From positions 1-32,000 of the forward strand of contig NC_007483.1 of assembly GCF_000012805.1 (NCBI RefSeq): 32,000 nucleotides of DNA, in the 5' to 3' direction. Made by a program: the position numbers and the translations under genes. Source of the stretch: Nitrosococcus oceani ATCC 19707 (GTDB lineage: Bacteria > Pseudomonadota > Gammaproteobacteria > Nitrosococcales > Nitrosococcaceae). A model generated the notes under the pieces. The model did no database searches, was not told the origin of the DNA, and saw nothing but the letters and a program-made list of their open reading frames with translations. Shown one piece after another: positions 15,293 to 23,292 of this stretch (within the stretch, counting starts at the first letter, position 1; the number at the start of each line of letters is the position of its first letter).

Positions 15293-16756
15293 ATGAAGCA
15301 TCAGGATATCGGTTGGCATTTTGATAACACCTATGCGCAGCTGCCCGACCACTTTTACACGAAGCTGCATCCGGTTCCGGTGCATGAACCACGCCTTGTC
15401 ATTGTCAATAATGCCCTGGCAGAAGAACTAGGATTAAATCTCAAAGCCTCCTCTGAGGATGAATTAGCGCAGCTTTTTTCAGGCAATCAGCTTCCAGAAG
15501 GTGCAGAGCCTCTGGCGCAGGCCTACGCCGGGCATCAGTTTGGCCATTTTACCTATTTGGGTGATGGGCGGGCCCATTTAATCGGCGAGCATCTCACCCC
15601 AGACGGTAAACGGGTGGATATTCAGTTCAAAGGCTCGGGCCAAACACCCTATGCCCGGCGCGGTGATGGGCGTGCAGCGTTGGGTCCGATGCTGCGAGAG
15701 TATATCATCAGCGAAGCCATGCATGCGCTGGGCATCCCTACCACCCGTAGTCTTGCGATAGCCACCACCGGCGAATCTGTTTACCGGGAAACGGTACTGC
15801 AAGGAGCGATTCTGACCCGCGTCGCATCCAGTCACTTGCGTGTGGGCACATTTGAATATCTGGCCGCACAAGAAGATAAAGCAGGCCTGAAGCAACTTAC
15901 TGATTATGCTATACAGCGCCATTATCCAGAAATAATAGACTCTGATACTCCCTATCTTGAGCTGCTCAAGGCCGTCATGGCTTGCCAGATAAAACTTATC
16001 ACCGAATGGCTGCGAGTAGGGTTTATTCACGGCGTGATGAACACGGACAATATGGCCGTTTCCTGTCAGACCATTGATTATGGCCCCTGTGCATTCATGG
16101 ATAGCTATGATCCCAACACCGTGTTCAGCTCCATCGACCACATGGGGCGTTATGCCTATGCCAATCAGCCCCGTATCGCGCAGTGGAACTTAGCACGGTT
16201 TGCTGAAGCTATCCTTCCGCTACTGCATGAAAATATTGAGAAGGCTGCCGCAATGGCAGAGGAAGTCATCCAGTCATTTAAGGCATTATTTCAGCAGGAA
16301 TGGCTAGCAATGATGCGTCGCAAGCTGGGGCTGTTCGGTGAAGAAAAAGAAGATAGGGAATTCATCACCGGGCTTCTGCAATGGATGCAACGCAGTCATG
16401 CGGATTATACCAATACATTCCGTGATTTGATGGATGAGCATTTTCCCGAAGAGCCACACTATCAGGATCAAGAATTCAAACATTGGTACGATAGATGGCA
16501 ACAGCGGCTGGAACATAACACCAACCCGTTCCCATCCTCCCTGTGCCTCATGGGTGCGACCAACCCGGTGGTCATACCCCGTAATCATCGTGTAGAAGCA
16601 GCGCTTAACGCTGTAGAACAGAACGCTGACTTCTCAAAGCTACATGAATTGCTGGATGTGCTGTCTGAGCCCTATAAAGATAAAGAGAAATACACTGAAT
16701 TCAAAAACCCTCCTGCGCCGAAAGAACGGGTGTACCAAACCTTTTGTGGTACTTGA
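15293..16756 (+). CDS. selO: protein adenylyltransferase SelO (YdiU family)
   Basis: 'YAGHQFGHFTYLGDGRAHLIGE', 'FKGSGQTPYARRGDGRA' and 'GFIHGVMNTDNMAV' are hallmark SelO motifs. The start was moved to the ATG at 15293 (487 aa). The upstream 63 codons of the track ORF are low complexity. Confidence 0.9.
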   Translation: MKHQDIGWHFDNTYAQLPDHFYTKLHPVPVHEPRLVIVNNALAEELGLNLKASSEDELAQLFSGNQLPEGAEPLAQAYAGHQFGHFTYLGDGRAHLIGEHLTPDGKRVDIQFKGSGQTPYARRGDGRAALGPMLREYIISEAMHALGIPTTRSLAIATTGESVYRETVLQGAILTRVASSHLRVGTFEYLAAQEDKAGLKQLTDYAIQRHYPEIIDSDTPYLELLKAVMACQIKLITEWLRVGFIHGVMNTDNMAVSCQTIDYGPCAFMDSYDPNTVFSSIDHMGRYAYANQPRIAQWNLARFAEAILPLLHENIEKAAAMAEEVIQSFKALFQQEWLAMMRRKLGLFGEEKEDREFITGLLQWMQRSHADYTNTFRDLMDEHFPEEPHYQDQEFKHWYDRWQQRLEHNTNPFPSSLCLMGATNPVVIPRNHRVEAALNAVEQNADFSKLHELLDVLSEPYKDKEKYTEFKNPPAPKERVYQTFCGT

Positions 16757-16959
16757 TAAGTCTCTGTTGGTTGCAAAAACTCTGTCATCGGGCGAGGATG
16801 GGGATTGAAGTCCAACGGAACGAAAACGTACGCTAAGCCGTTGACATTGTTTTCTATAATAGACCAGAAGCGCGGCATGGGAAAAATCTCGCTAGGAAAA
16901 GACGAACCTGGCGCAGTCTGTCAAAGCACAGAATATCCGATATGGACACCGGAGCATGC

Positions 16960-18171
16960 TCAGCAACCGGGATTGTCCTGGGCTTCCGCCGGCGCCAGTC
17001 GTGCCAGCAACGCGGTAGCCTGCTTCTGATGCGCGGTGAGTTGACCAGCCAGTTCTGCGGCCCGCTCACGCGCGCTGCCGGCATCCTGCCTGGCCTGGTC
17101 ACGCTCTGCCTGAACGGCGTTCAAGCGCTCGGCCATCTTATGGATCTCGGTCGCAGCCTTCTTGCGCTGCTCCTGGTGCGACTGTTCAGCCGCCTCGGCC
17201 TTGGCTTGTACCTTTGTCAACTCGGCACGCACCCGCTCAAGTTGCATGGTCACTGCCTTGGTAGCCTGCTGTGCCTCGGTCGCGGTATTTCGCGACCTAT
17301 CGGCATCCTGGTGCACCCGATCTAGTTCGGCGCGAAGGTCCGCCGCTCGGTGCTCGATTTCCTCGGCTTTTGCTTCGGCTCGTTCCGCTCTTGTTAGTGC
17401 CTGGGTCAACTCTCCCTGTACGGCGGCCAACTCAGCGGCAGCCTGGGCAGTTTGCTCCTGGTGCGACTGTTCGGCCGCCTCGGCCTTGGCTTGCACCTTT
17501 GCCAACTCGGCACGCACCCGCTCAAGTTGCATGGTCACTGCCTTGGTAGCCTGCTGTGCCTCGGTCGCGGTATTTCGCGACCTATCGGCATCCTGGTGTG
17601 CCCGGTCTAGTTCGACGCGAAGGTCCGCCGCTCGGTGCTCGATTTCCTCGGCTTTTGCTTCGGCTCGTTCCGCTCTTGTTACTGCTTGGGTCAACTCTTC
17701 CTGTACGGCGGCCAACTCAGCGGCAGCCTGGGCAGTTTGCTCCTGGTGTAGCTGGGTCGCGGCGGCCGCCTGCGCCTTAACCTGATCGAGCTCCGTCGCC
17801 TGCGTTTCGTAGGCATCAGCCAGTTCAGCCCGCATAGCATCCAGTTCGGCCTGTTCGGCCTCCCAGCTTGATTGGGCGGCCTGTAGTGATTCGTTCGCCA
17901 GCTTCTGAGCTTCCTGCCACAACGTAGCCAGAGCGGTAGCATTAGCCTGGCTAATTGTCTCCGGCACGGTAACAGCCACGGGTGCGACCTGGACGGTTTG
18001 CTGGCGTCGCCACTCCCGCATCACAGCGCTAGTGGTGTTCATATCGGCTCGCGCTACCCGGCGTACTTGGTCCACTGTGGGGAACGCTTCGCGGTTGGCC
18101 TGCTCGTACAGTTCATCAGCCGTAGAGGTGATGCGTTCGCGTACTTCAGCGGGGATCATGAATTGAGTCAT
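16960..18171 (-). CDS. kfrA: KfrA-like DNA-binding coiled-coil protein
   Basis: N-terminal 'ITSTADELYEQANREAFPTVDQVRRVARADMNTTSAVMREWRRQQ' is KfrA_N-like. The remainder is Ala/Glu/Gln-rich coiled coil with a 95-aa internal duplication. Confidence 0.7.
   Translation of the reverse strand: MTQFMIPAEVRERITSTADELYEQANREAFPTVDQVRRVARADMNTTSAVMREWRRQQTVQVAPVAVTVPETISQANATALATLWQEAQKLANESLQAAQSSWEAEQAELDAMRAELADAYETQATELDQVKAQAAAATQLHQEQTAQAAAELAAVQEELTQAVTRAERAEAKAEEIEHRAADLRVELDRAHQDADRSRNTATEAQQATKAVTMQLERVRAELAKVQAKAEAAEQSHQEQTAQAAAELAAVQGELTQALTRAERAEAKAEEIEHRAADLRAELDRVHQDADRSRNTATEAQQATKAVTMQLERVRAELTKVQAKAEAAEQSHQEQRKKAATEIHKMAERLNAVQAERDQARQDAGSARERAAELAGQLTAHQKQATALLARLAPAEAQDNPGC
17166..17735. 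repeat. 2 x 285-bp in-frame tandem duplication inside the kfrA-like gene
   Basis: Units at about 17166-17450 and 17451-17735 differ by roughly a dozen substitutions by eye. The protein repeat is 'ATKAVTMQLERVRAEL.KVQAKAEAAEQSHQEQTAQAAAELAAVQ.ELTQA.TRAERAEAKAEEIEHRAADLR.ELDR.HQDADRSRNTATEAQQ'. Confidence 0.9.
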
Positions 18172-18186
18172 AGGTTCTCCTTATAA

Positions 18187-18218
18187 GAATAATCATAATA
18201 ATATTATTATGATTATTC
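18187..18218. promoter_or_regulatory. 32-bp perfect AT-rich palindrome (candidate KfrA operator)
   Basis: GAATAATCATAATAAT|ATTATTATGATTATTC, exact. It starts 16 nt upstream of the kfrA-like start codon. Confidence 0.6.
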
Positions 18219-18404
18219 AAGCTATTCGATCAATTGCACCTGAATGACTGCATAAGGAGACCCAGAAAAGGCTGGAGAACGGGTCCGGTGGAGCCAATGG
18301 GTATGAGGAAGATCATTGCCGAAGCGCGGCGGGAAGCCGCTCATCCATACAAACGTAAATCACTACCGCCTCCCTATTGCTTCAATAGCCGCGATAGCAA
18401 GCCG

Positions 18405-18974
18405 CTATTCCTTACTGGCCTCCTGGGCTTCCCGGACATAGCTATAAAGGGTGGGCTTTGAAATCCCCATCATCTCGCAGATTTTCGTGACCGGCAGTTT
18501 CTTCTCCTCATAGAGGGACACCACCAGCGCCCGCTTGTCGGGGCTCAAGGACTTGCGCCGACCCCCCAAGCGGCCCCGCGCCCGCGCCGCCGCCAAGCCC
18601 GCCTGGGTACGCTCCTGAATGAGATTCCGCTCGAACTCGGCCAAGGCTCCAAACAGGTGAAAGGTGAGCCTGCCGGTGGGCGTGGTGGTATCAATCGACT
18701 CATGCAGGCTTTGCAGCCCCACGCCCTGTGCATCAAGATAGCGCACCCACTCAATCAAATCGCGCAGCGAACGGCCGAGGCGATCCAGCCGCCACACCAC
18801 CAGGGTATCGCCTTCGCGCAACTGCTCCTTGACCTTCTCCAGGCCCGGCCGCTTCGCCACCGTGCCACTGACCTGATCGACGATCACCTTCTGGCACCCG
18901 GCCGCCTCCAGGGCGTCCCGTTGCAGATTTAGATTTTGATCCAGGGTGGACACTCGCGCATAGCCAATTTTCAT
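18405..18974 (-). CDS. serine recombinase (resolvase/invertase family)
   Basis: 'MKIGYARVSTLDQNLNLQ' (catalytic Ser), 'LVVWRLDRLGRS', and a C-terminal HTH 'VTKICEMMGISKPTLYSYV'. Confidence 0.9.
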   Translation of the reverse strand: MKIGYARVSTLDQNLNLQRDALEAAGCQKVIVDQVSGTVAKRPGLEKVKEQLREGDTLVVWRLDRLGRSLRDLIEWVRYLDAQGVGLQSLHESIDTTTPTGRLTFHLFGALAEFERNLIQERTQAGLAAARARGRLGGRRKSLSPDKRALVVSLYEEKKLPVTKICEMMGISKPTLYSYVREAQEASKE

Positions 18975-19203
18975 GATTTATCTCTCACTGCGTAAAGAAA
19001 CTCGATAAGTATCCTTATATGCTGACGTAGATTATTTTACTCAGTAAATTGCCTAACTTGGCCGCGAAAAGCAAGCAAAAAGCGGGGTGAGGCAGCGAGT
19101 AAAACAAACCCTCGTTTTCTTTACCAGGGATTCTCTGCCTGTGATGCCGCTTGCTGCTATGGAGAAGTTTTGGCCTGCGCCTGGAGGGCGGTACACTGCG
19201 GCT

Positions 19204-19572
19204 ATGAATCACCCCGATGAAGCAGACTGGTTGAGAGCGGCCTATCTGGAGAAGCGAGACTTGGAGAAGCGGCAGTTTCGTTTCTATTGCATTATCATCA
19301 CCCAGATGCTCTTTGGCCACTGGGCCTTAATCCGGGAATGGGGCCGAATTGACAGCCTCGGCACCGTCCGGGAAGTTTGGTATGACACTCAGGAACATGC
19401 TCGGGAAGCAGGTGCTATCTTACTCAGTCAGAATAGGCATCACCACCTCTACTTCGTATGCCTACGTCACTGGACAACGATTACTCGATCGCGAAAAGGC
19501 CAGATGAGGAAGAAGCTGAGGGAAATCTCAAAACCTATCGCAGCGTCCACATTTATCGTTATATCGGCCTGA
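19204..19572 (+). CDS. WGR-domain protein, paralogue 1 (divergent/extended C-terminus)
   Basis: 'YLEKRDLEKRQFRFYCIIITQMLFGHWALIREWGRIDSLGTVREVWYD'. The ATG at 19204 aligns with the start of the 23032 paralogue. Similarity is lost after about codon 70 and the frame reads on for about 50 more codons. Confidence 0.55.
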   Translation: MNHPDEADWLRAAYLEKRDLEKRQFRFYCIIITQMLFGHWALIREWGRIDSLGTVREVWYDTQEHAREAGAILLSQNRHHHLYFVCLRHWTTITRSRKGQMRKKLREISKPIAASTFIVISA

Positions 19573-19583
19573 AACTGCATCAT

Positions 19584-20546
19584 TTATTCCTGAAGAGGAT
19601 GAATGAGTAGATTCCAATAATATTCGGAAGCACCTTCATTGGTGAGCTTTTCCTTAGCAGCAGGTTGATGAAACTGCATGCCGAGCGGCTTCAAATACAT
19701 CATATGGCCATCATCTTCGATTCGAAGTTGCTCATTGAAACTACTGTCACTACCTGTATCACCGTACGCATACACGAGGCCACTGGTGAAAGAATTTTGA
19801 CTGCCTTGCCAGATGCGGCAACTGCTGATGGATTTGCCATTTTCATAAATGGCAGCGGAGAAATGGCGGGCATCAATACGTCGGAATCGAGTTCGAATAC
19901 TAGGATTACGCCGCTCCAGCTCAGCTAGAGAACCCTCGAAGAAATTTGCCATATAATCAAATGCATCATCGAGAAAGGTATCACGGTCATGGTCCGTGAA
20001 ACTCTTCCTGATACGTAAATTGCTGGATCGTAGCGCATGCCGTACAGGAGCAGTCTGCTCGGTAGGTGGGTAAGCAGATAAGCCCGTCTGAGGCTTGATG
20101 GGAGCCGATATCACTTGCTCGGCAGCTCGTTTGATTGCCTTGACGATTTCTAAAAAGGCCTCGTCTTTATCTGGAAACTTCGTCACGGGTTTGCCATCCG
20201 TAGGCGTTGCTAAAAGCTTGCCGAAGCGTGCGCTATGCCAGTCGCAGGGGCGGAGAATTACCGGAATAACTTTGGCATTACCTTCTTCATGCCGCTCCAA
20301 AGCGCGGGTCATCTCGACATCGTAACAATAGTCGGAAGCCAGGAAATCCGGGCTGACTAAGAGAAGAGTGATATCGGCATTCTCAAGATTTTCACTGATA
20401 GTCTGGTCAATGACCTCTCCGGCCCCAATTCTCCGGTCATGCCAGGCATCAATCACACCTTGGCGTTTGAGCATGGCAAGGTGTATCTCCAGCTCGTCAC
20501 GCAAAGGCTCATCCTTATGGGAGTAAGAGAAGAAGACAGAGGCCAT
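19584..20546 (-). CDS. TIR-domain protein with uncharacterised C-terminal domain
   Basis: 'VFFSYSHKDEPLRDELEIHLAMLKRQGVIDAWHDRRIGAGE...ADITLLLVSPDFLASDYCYDVEMTRAL...VIPVILRPCDW' is a canonical bacterial TIR, with the Glu in 'CYDVE' retained. About 180 aa of the C-terminus are unassigned. The ATG at 20546 is preferred; the track start at 20564 is TTG. Confidence 0.85.
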   Translation of the reverse strand: MASVFFSYSHKDEPLRDELEIHLAMLKRQGVIDAWHDRRIGAGEVIDQTISENLENADITLLLVSPDFLASDYCYDVEMTRALERHEEGNAKVIPVILRPCDWHSARFGKLLATPTDGKPVTKFPDKDEAFLEIVKAIKRAAEQVISAPIKPQTGLSAYPPTEQTAPVRHALRSSNLRIRKSFTDHDRDTFLDDAFDYMANFFEGSLAELERRNPSIRTRFRRIDARHFSAAIYENGKSISSCRIWQGSQNSFTSGLVYAYGDTGSDSSFNEQLRIEDDGHMMYLKPLGMQFHQPAAKEKLTNEGASEYYWNLLIHPLQE

Positions 20547-20567
20547 CAGTTTTTTCTCGATCAATGG

Positions 20568-20801
20568 TTAATGCTTCCGATCTTTGGGTGGGTGAGGATT
20601 ATTCTCGTAGCTATGGGAGTCCCGGATTCGGCCATCACAACGATGAATTACCAGCGCCGTCTGGTTTTTTTTCGCCAGTCTCCTGCCTTCGTTACTGGCA
20701 TCTTTCTGGGTACGGTGAAGAGAAGAAGCGCGATCTTTTCCCTCTTTTTGTATAGCCCACTGCTTGTTACGGGGCACCACATGATAATCACGCTTAGGCA
20801 T
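20568..20801 (-). CDS. DUF2188-domain protein
   Basis: 'YHVVPRNKQWAIQKEGKDRASSLHRTQKDASNEGRRLAKKNQTALVIHRCDGRI' matches the DUF2188 pattern. GGAGAGG RBS. Its stop is 3-21 nt from the TIR gene start. Confidence 0.75.
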   Translation of the reverse strand: MPKRDYHVVPRNKQWAIQKEGKDRASSLHRTQKDASNEGRRLAKKNQTALVIHRCDGRIRDSHSYENNPHPPKDRKH

Positions 20802-21000
20802 ACATCCTCTCCAAGTTAGTCAATCATCCAGTCATCACCGGAGACAAAATATTGAGACCTATACAGCCCAAGTATATCCTCCAGCGCCTCCAAAGGTAGC
20901 TCATCTTGAGCAAGTTCAATGGCTTGCCTCGATCTAGCCATCGTGCAGTTGATTCAAAACCTGAGTGGATAATTGCTGTCTTTATTAAATAGAATTAATA

Positions 21001-21041
21001 TCCCAGATAATATGTGTCCTTAGGACACATATTATCTGGGA
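21001..21041. promoter_or_regulatory. 41-bp near-perfect palindrome (20-nt arms, 1-nt centre), core GTCCTTAGGAC
   Basis: TCCCAGATAATATGTGTCCT-T-AGGACACATATTATCTGGGA, in the divergent intergenic region between the DUF2188-TIR operon and abiEi. Confidence 0.6.
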
Positions 21042-21084
21042 ATTGATAAACTGTCAAGAAAATCCTTTTAAGACATTGGAAGTA

Positions 21085-21113
21085 TTGACAATATTTACGA
21101 TACCATATATACG
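21085..21113 (+). promoter_or_regulatory. sigma70-like promoter of abiEi/abiEii
   Basis: TTGACA (21085-21090), 17-nt spacer, TATACG (21108-21113). It overlaps the left arm of the second palindrome. Confidence 0.45.
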
Positions 21114-21139
21114 TCCTAAGGACGTATATATGGTATCGT
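21097..21139. promoter_or_regulatory. 43-bp near-perfect palindrome (21-nt arms, 1-nt centre), core GTCCTAAGGAC; candidate AbiEi operator
   Basis: ACGATACCATATATACGTCCT-A-AGGACGTATATATGGTATCGT. It ends 10 nt before the abiEi ATG. Confidence 0.6.
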
Positions 21140-21148
21140 TTTTACTCT

Positions 21149-22069
21149 ATGGATATTCGCACCGCTCTGACTCTGGAACTGGGTGATCTCCATCAGCCCG
21201 TCGTGACTAGCTACCATCTCGGTCTTCTGGTGTTTCGCCTGTACCAAACTAAAACCTACCGGGGTGAACCCATTGCTCGTTTGAGCAAGTCCTACCCGGA
21301 GCGGAGTGACTATCGCCGGTTTGTTGGCAATTTGGAACGTTTAGGTGTGCTTCGGAACACCACCGCAGTGCCTAATAAAGAGGTTTTCATCCTTCTTGGC
21401 AAAGATATCTCCTCGGCCGAGGAGATTGCCTGTTGCGTCGATCCCTTCACCTATGTTTCGCATCTGAGCGCTATGGAATATCACGGTCTTACCGACCGTT
21501 TTCCCAAAACGCTCTTTATAACCGCCCCCCCACCTGTTCGCTGGTCACAGCTGGCAGGGGAGAAAATGCGAAAGGAGATAGGAGGGGAATTTTACTTGTC
21601 GTACCTTGACACTCATCTTCCTCGGTTGCGGCGTCTGCGTTTGCCAAAAATCAATCGCAAGTCCGTTAGCCTATACACGACCGTTCATTATGATCTCGGC
21701 GCTTATCTATCAATTCAGGATAAGACTTTGCGAGTCTCAACAATCGGGCGCACGTTTCTTGATATGATTCGGGAGCCTGATCTATGCGGTGGCATCTATC
21801 ATGTGCTGGACGTATATGCGGAGCATGCGCTCCGCTATCTGCGTTTGATCGTAGATAAGGTTGACCGCCATGGCAGCCCCATTGATAAGGTGCGCGCAGG
21901 ATATATTCTTGAAGAGCGTCTTAAGCTCGAACATCCTACCATCGCAACATGGCGGGCCTATGCCAAACGAGGCGGTTCACGAAAGCTTTTAGCACAAGCT
22001 GACTACAGCCCGCACTTTTCCGAAACATGGTGCTTATCCATTAACATCGATGAGCCTGGGGAGCCTTGA
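21149..22069 (+). CDS. abiEi: AbiEi-family antitoxin/transcriptional regulator (type IV TA)
   Basis: 306 aa. 'VSHLSAMEYHGLTDRFPKTLFI' is typical of the AbiEi C-terminal domain. It lies immediately upstream of an AbiEii nucleotidyltransferase gene. Confidence 0.75.
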   Translation: MDIRTALTLELGDLHQPVVTSYHLGLLVFRLYQTKTYRGEPIARLSKSYPERSDYRRFVGNLERLGVLRNTTAVPNKEVFILLGKDISSAEEIACCVDPFTYVSHLSAMEYHGLTDRFPKTLFITAPPPVRWSQLAGEKMRKEIGGEFYLSYLDTHLPRLRRLRLPKINRKSVSLYTTVHYDLGAYLSIQDKTLRVSTIGRTFLDMIREPDLCGGIYHVLDVYAEHALRYLRLIVDKVDRHGSPIDKVRAGYILEERLKLEHPTIATWRAYAKRGGSRKLLAQADYSPHFSETWCLSINIDEPGEP

Positions 22070-22927
22070 TTGCAAAAATTCGATATCAAAGAGTGGATCA
22101 ACCAGAATTCAGAACATCGCTCCTTTCGCCAAGCCGTTCATACCATCCTCACCGCGATTGCGGGTACTCCCAGCCTACAAACAGCTATGATTATGAAGGG
22201 CGGCGTGCTGCTTGCTCTCAGCTACAGAAGCCCGCGTTATACCTCGGATATCGACTTTTCGACAGCAACGAAGCGGCCTGATTTTAACCTTGATGATTTC
22301 CGCGGGAAACTTGAAGCGAGTTTGATTGATGCCGTTGAAGATTCGGGATACGGCCTCGATTGCCGCATTCAGCGTTGCAAGATGAGCCCCCCTCACGATG
22401 AGGCTACCATGCCGACACTTCAGATCAACATTGGTTATGCCTATAAAGGCCAACACAACTATAAGCGTCTGTTAGAAGGCCGGGCGACTACGGTCATTAG
22501 CCTCGATTATAGCCTAAATGAGCCCGTGGAAGAAATTGATATCTTCGAGCTGGAAGACGGGAATGTTATTCATACTTATAGCCTGGTGGAGATGGTGGCG
22601 GAGAAGTTCCGCGCGCTCTTGCAGCAGGAAGTCCGCAAGCGGGCACGGCGTCAGGATATTTATGATCTGCACTATGTCCTGAGCGATCATCCCCTGCGCA
22701 ACGACTCGGATACCCAAGCCCGTATTCTTAAAAGGCTGATTGATAAATCACGCATTCGTGATTTATCGGTACATTTAGATTCTATGTCCAACCCTGAGAT
22801 TCGAAATCGCACAGCGCTTGAATACTCCAAGATGGCCCCGGAAATTGAAGGTGATCTTCCACCATTCGATGAGGTTTATGCCATAGTCGAGTCTTTTTAT
22901 CGAGCCCTTCCTTGGGAAAAGGTCTGA
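22070..22927 (+). CDS. abiEii: AbiEii/AbiGii-family nucleotidyltransferase toxin
   Basis: 'MKGGVLLALSYRSPRYTSDIDFS' (NTase G[GS]...DxD motif) and 'VEMVAEKFRALLQQ'. The TTG start directly abuts the abiEi stop. Confidence 0.8.
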   Translation: MQKFDIKEWINQNSEHRSFRQAVHTILTAIAGTPSLQTAMIMKGGVLLALSYRSPRYTSDIDFSTATKRPDFNLDDFRGKLEASLIDAVEDSGYGLDCRIQRCKMSPPHDEATMPTLQINIGYAYKGQHNYKRLLEGRATTVISLDYSLNEPVEEIDIFELEDGNVIHTYSLVEMVAEKFRALLQQEVRKRARRQDIYDLHYVLSDHPLRNDSDTQARILKRLIDKSRIRDLSVHLDSMSNPEIRNRTALEYSKMAPEIEGDLPPFDEVYAIVESFYRALPWEKV

Positions 22928-23031
22928 TTCCCTGTATCACCATTTACTTCATCGTTTCGGCCAAAAATATCTACTTGCGCAGATTCACGTAGGCTTCTGG
23001 TCTGCCCCTGAGGGCATGGTACATTGCTGGC

Positions 23032-23292
23032 ATGAAGCACCCCGGCAAAGCAGACTGGACGAGGGTGGCCTATCTGGAGAAGCGAAACCCAGAGAAGCGC
23101 CAGTTTCGCTTCTACCGCATCATGATTACCCAGACGCTCTTCGGCTCGTGGGCTATGATCCGCGAATGGGGCAGGATCGGCAGCCCCGGTACTGTGCGGG
23201 AAGTCTGGTTCGACAGTGAGCAGGAAGCGTTAGAAGCCGGTGAGAAGCTTATGAATCAGAAAACACGGCGGGGGTATCAAGTCATCACGTGA
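23032..23292 (+). CDS. WGR-domain protein, paralogue 2 (compact, 86 aa)
   Basis: 'YLEKRNPEKRQFRFYRIMITQTLFGSWAMIREWGRIGSPGTVREVWFDSEQEALEAGEKLMNQKTRRGY' is a complete stand-alone WGR domain. Confidence 0.8.
   Translation: MKHPGKADWTRVAYLEKRNPEKRQFRFYRIMITQTLFGSWAMIREWGRIGSPGTVREVWFDSEQEALEAGEKLMNQKTRRGYQVIT

Noticed and set aside
17162-17942. Antisense and alternative-frame ORFs inside the kfrA-like gene (17162..17785, 17271..17549, 17556..17780, 17691..17942, 16942..17325)
   Set aside because: They are by-products of GC-rich, Ala/Glu/Gln-repeat coiled-coil coding sequence. The two 'MPRSRYFATYRHPG' ORFs simply mirror the 285-bp duplication.
19584-20564. Calling the TIR gene a Thoeris ThsB
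   Set aside because: No ThsA-type (SIR2/SLOG/Macro) gene is present anywhere in the window. The protein also has an extra ~180-aa C-terminal domain that is atypical for minimal ThsB.
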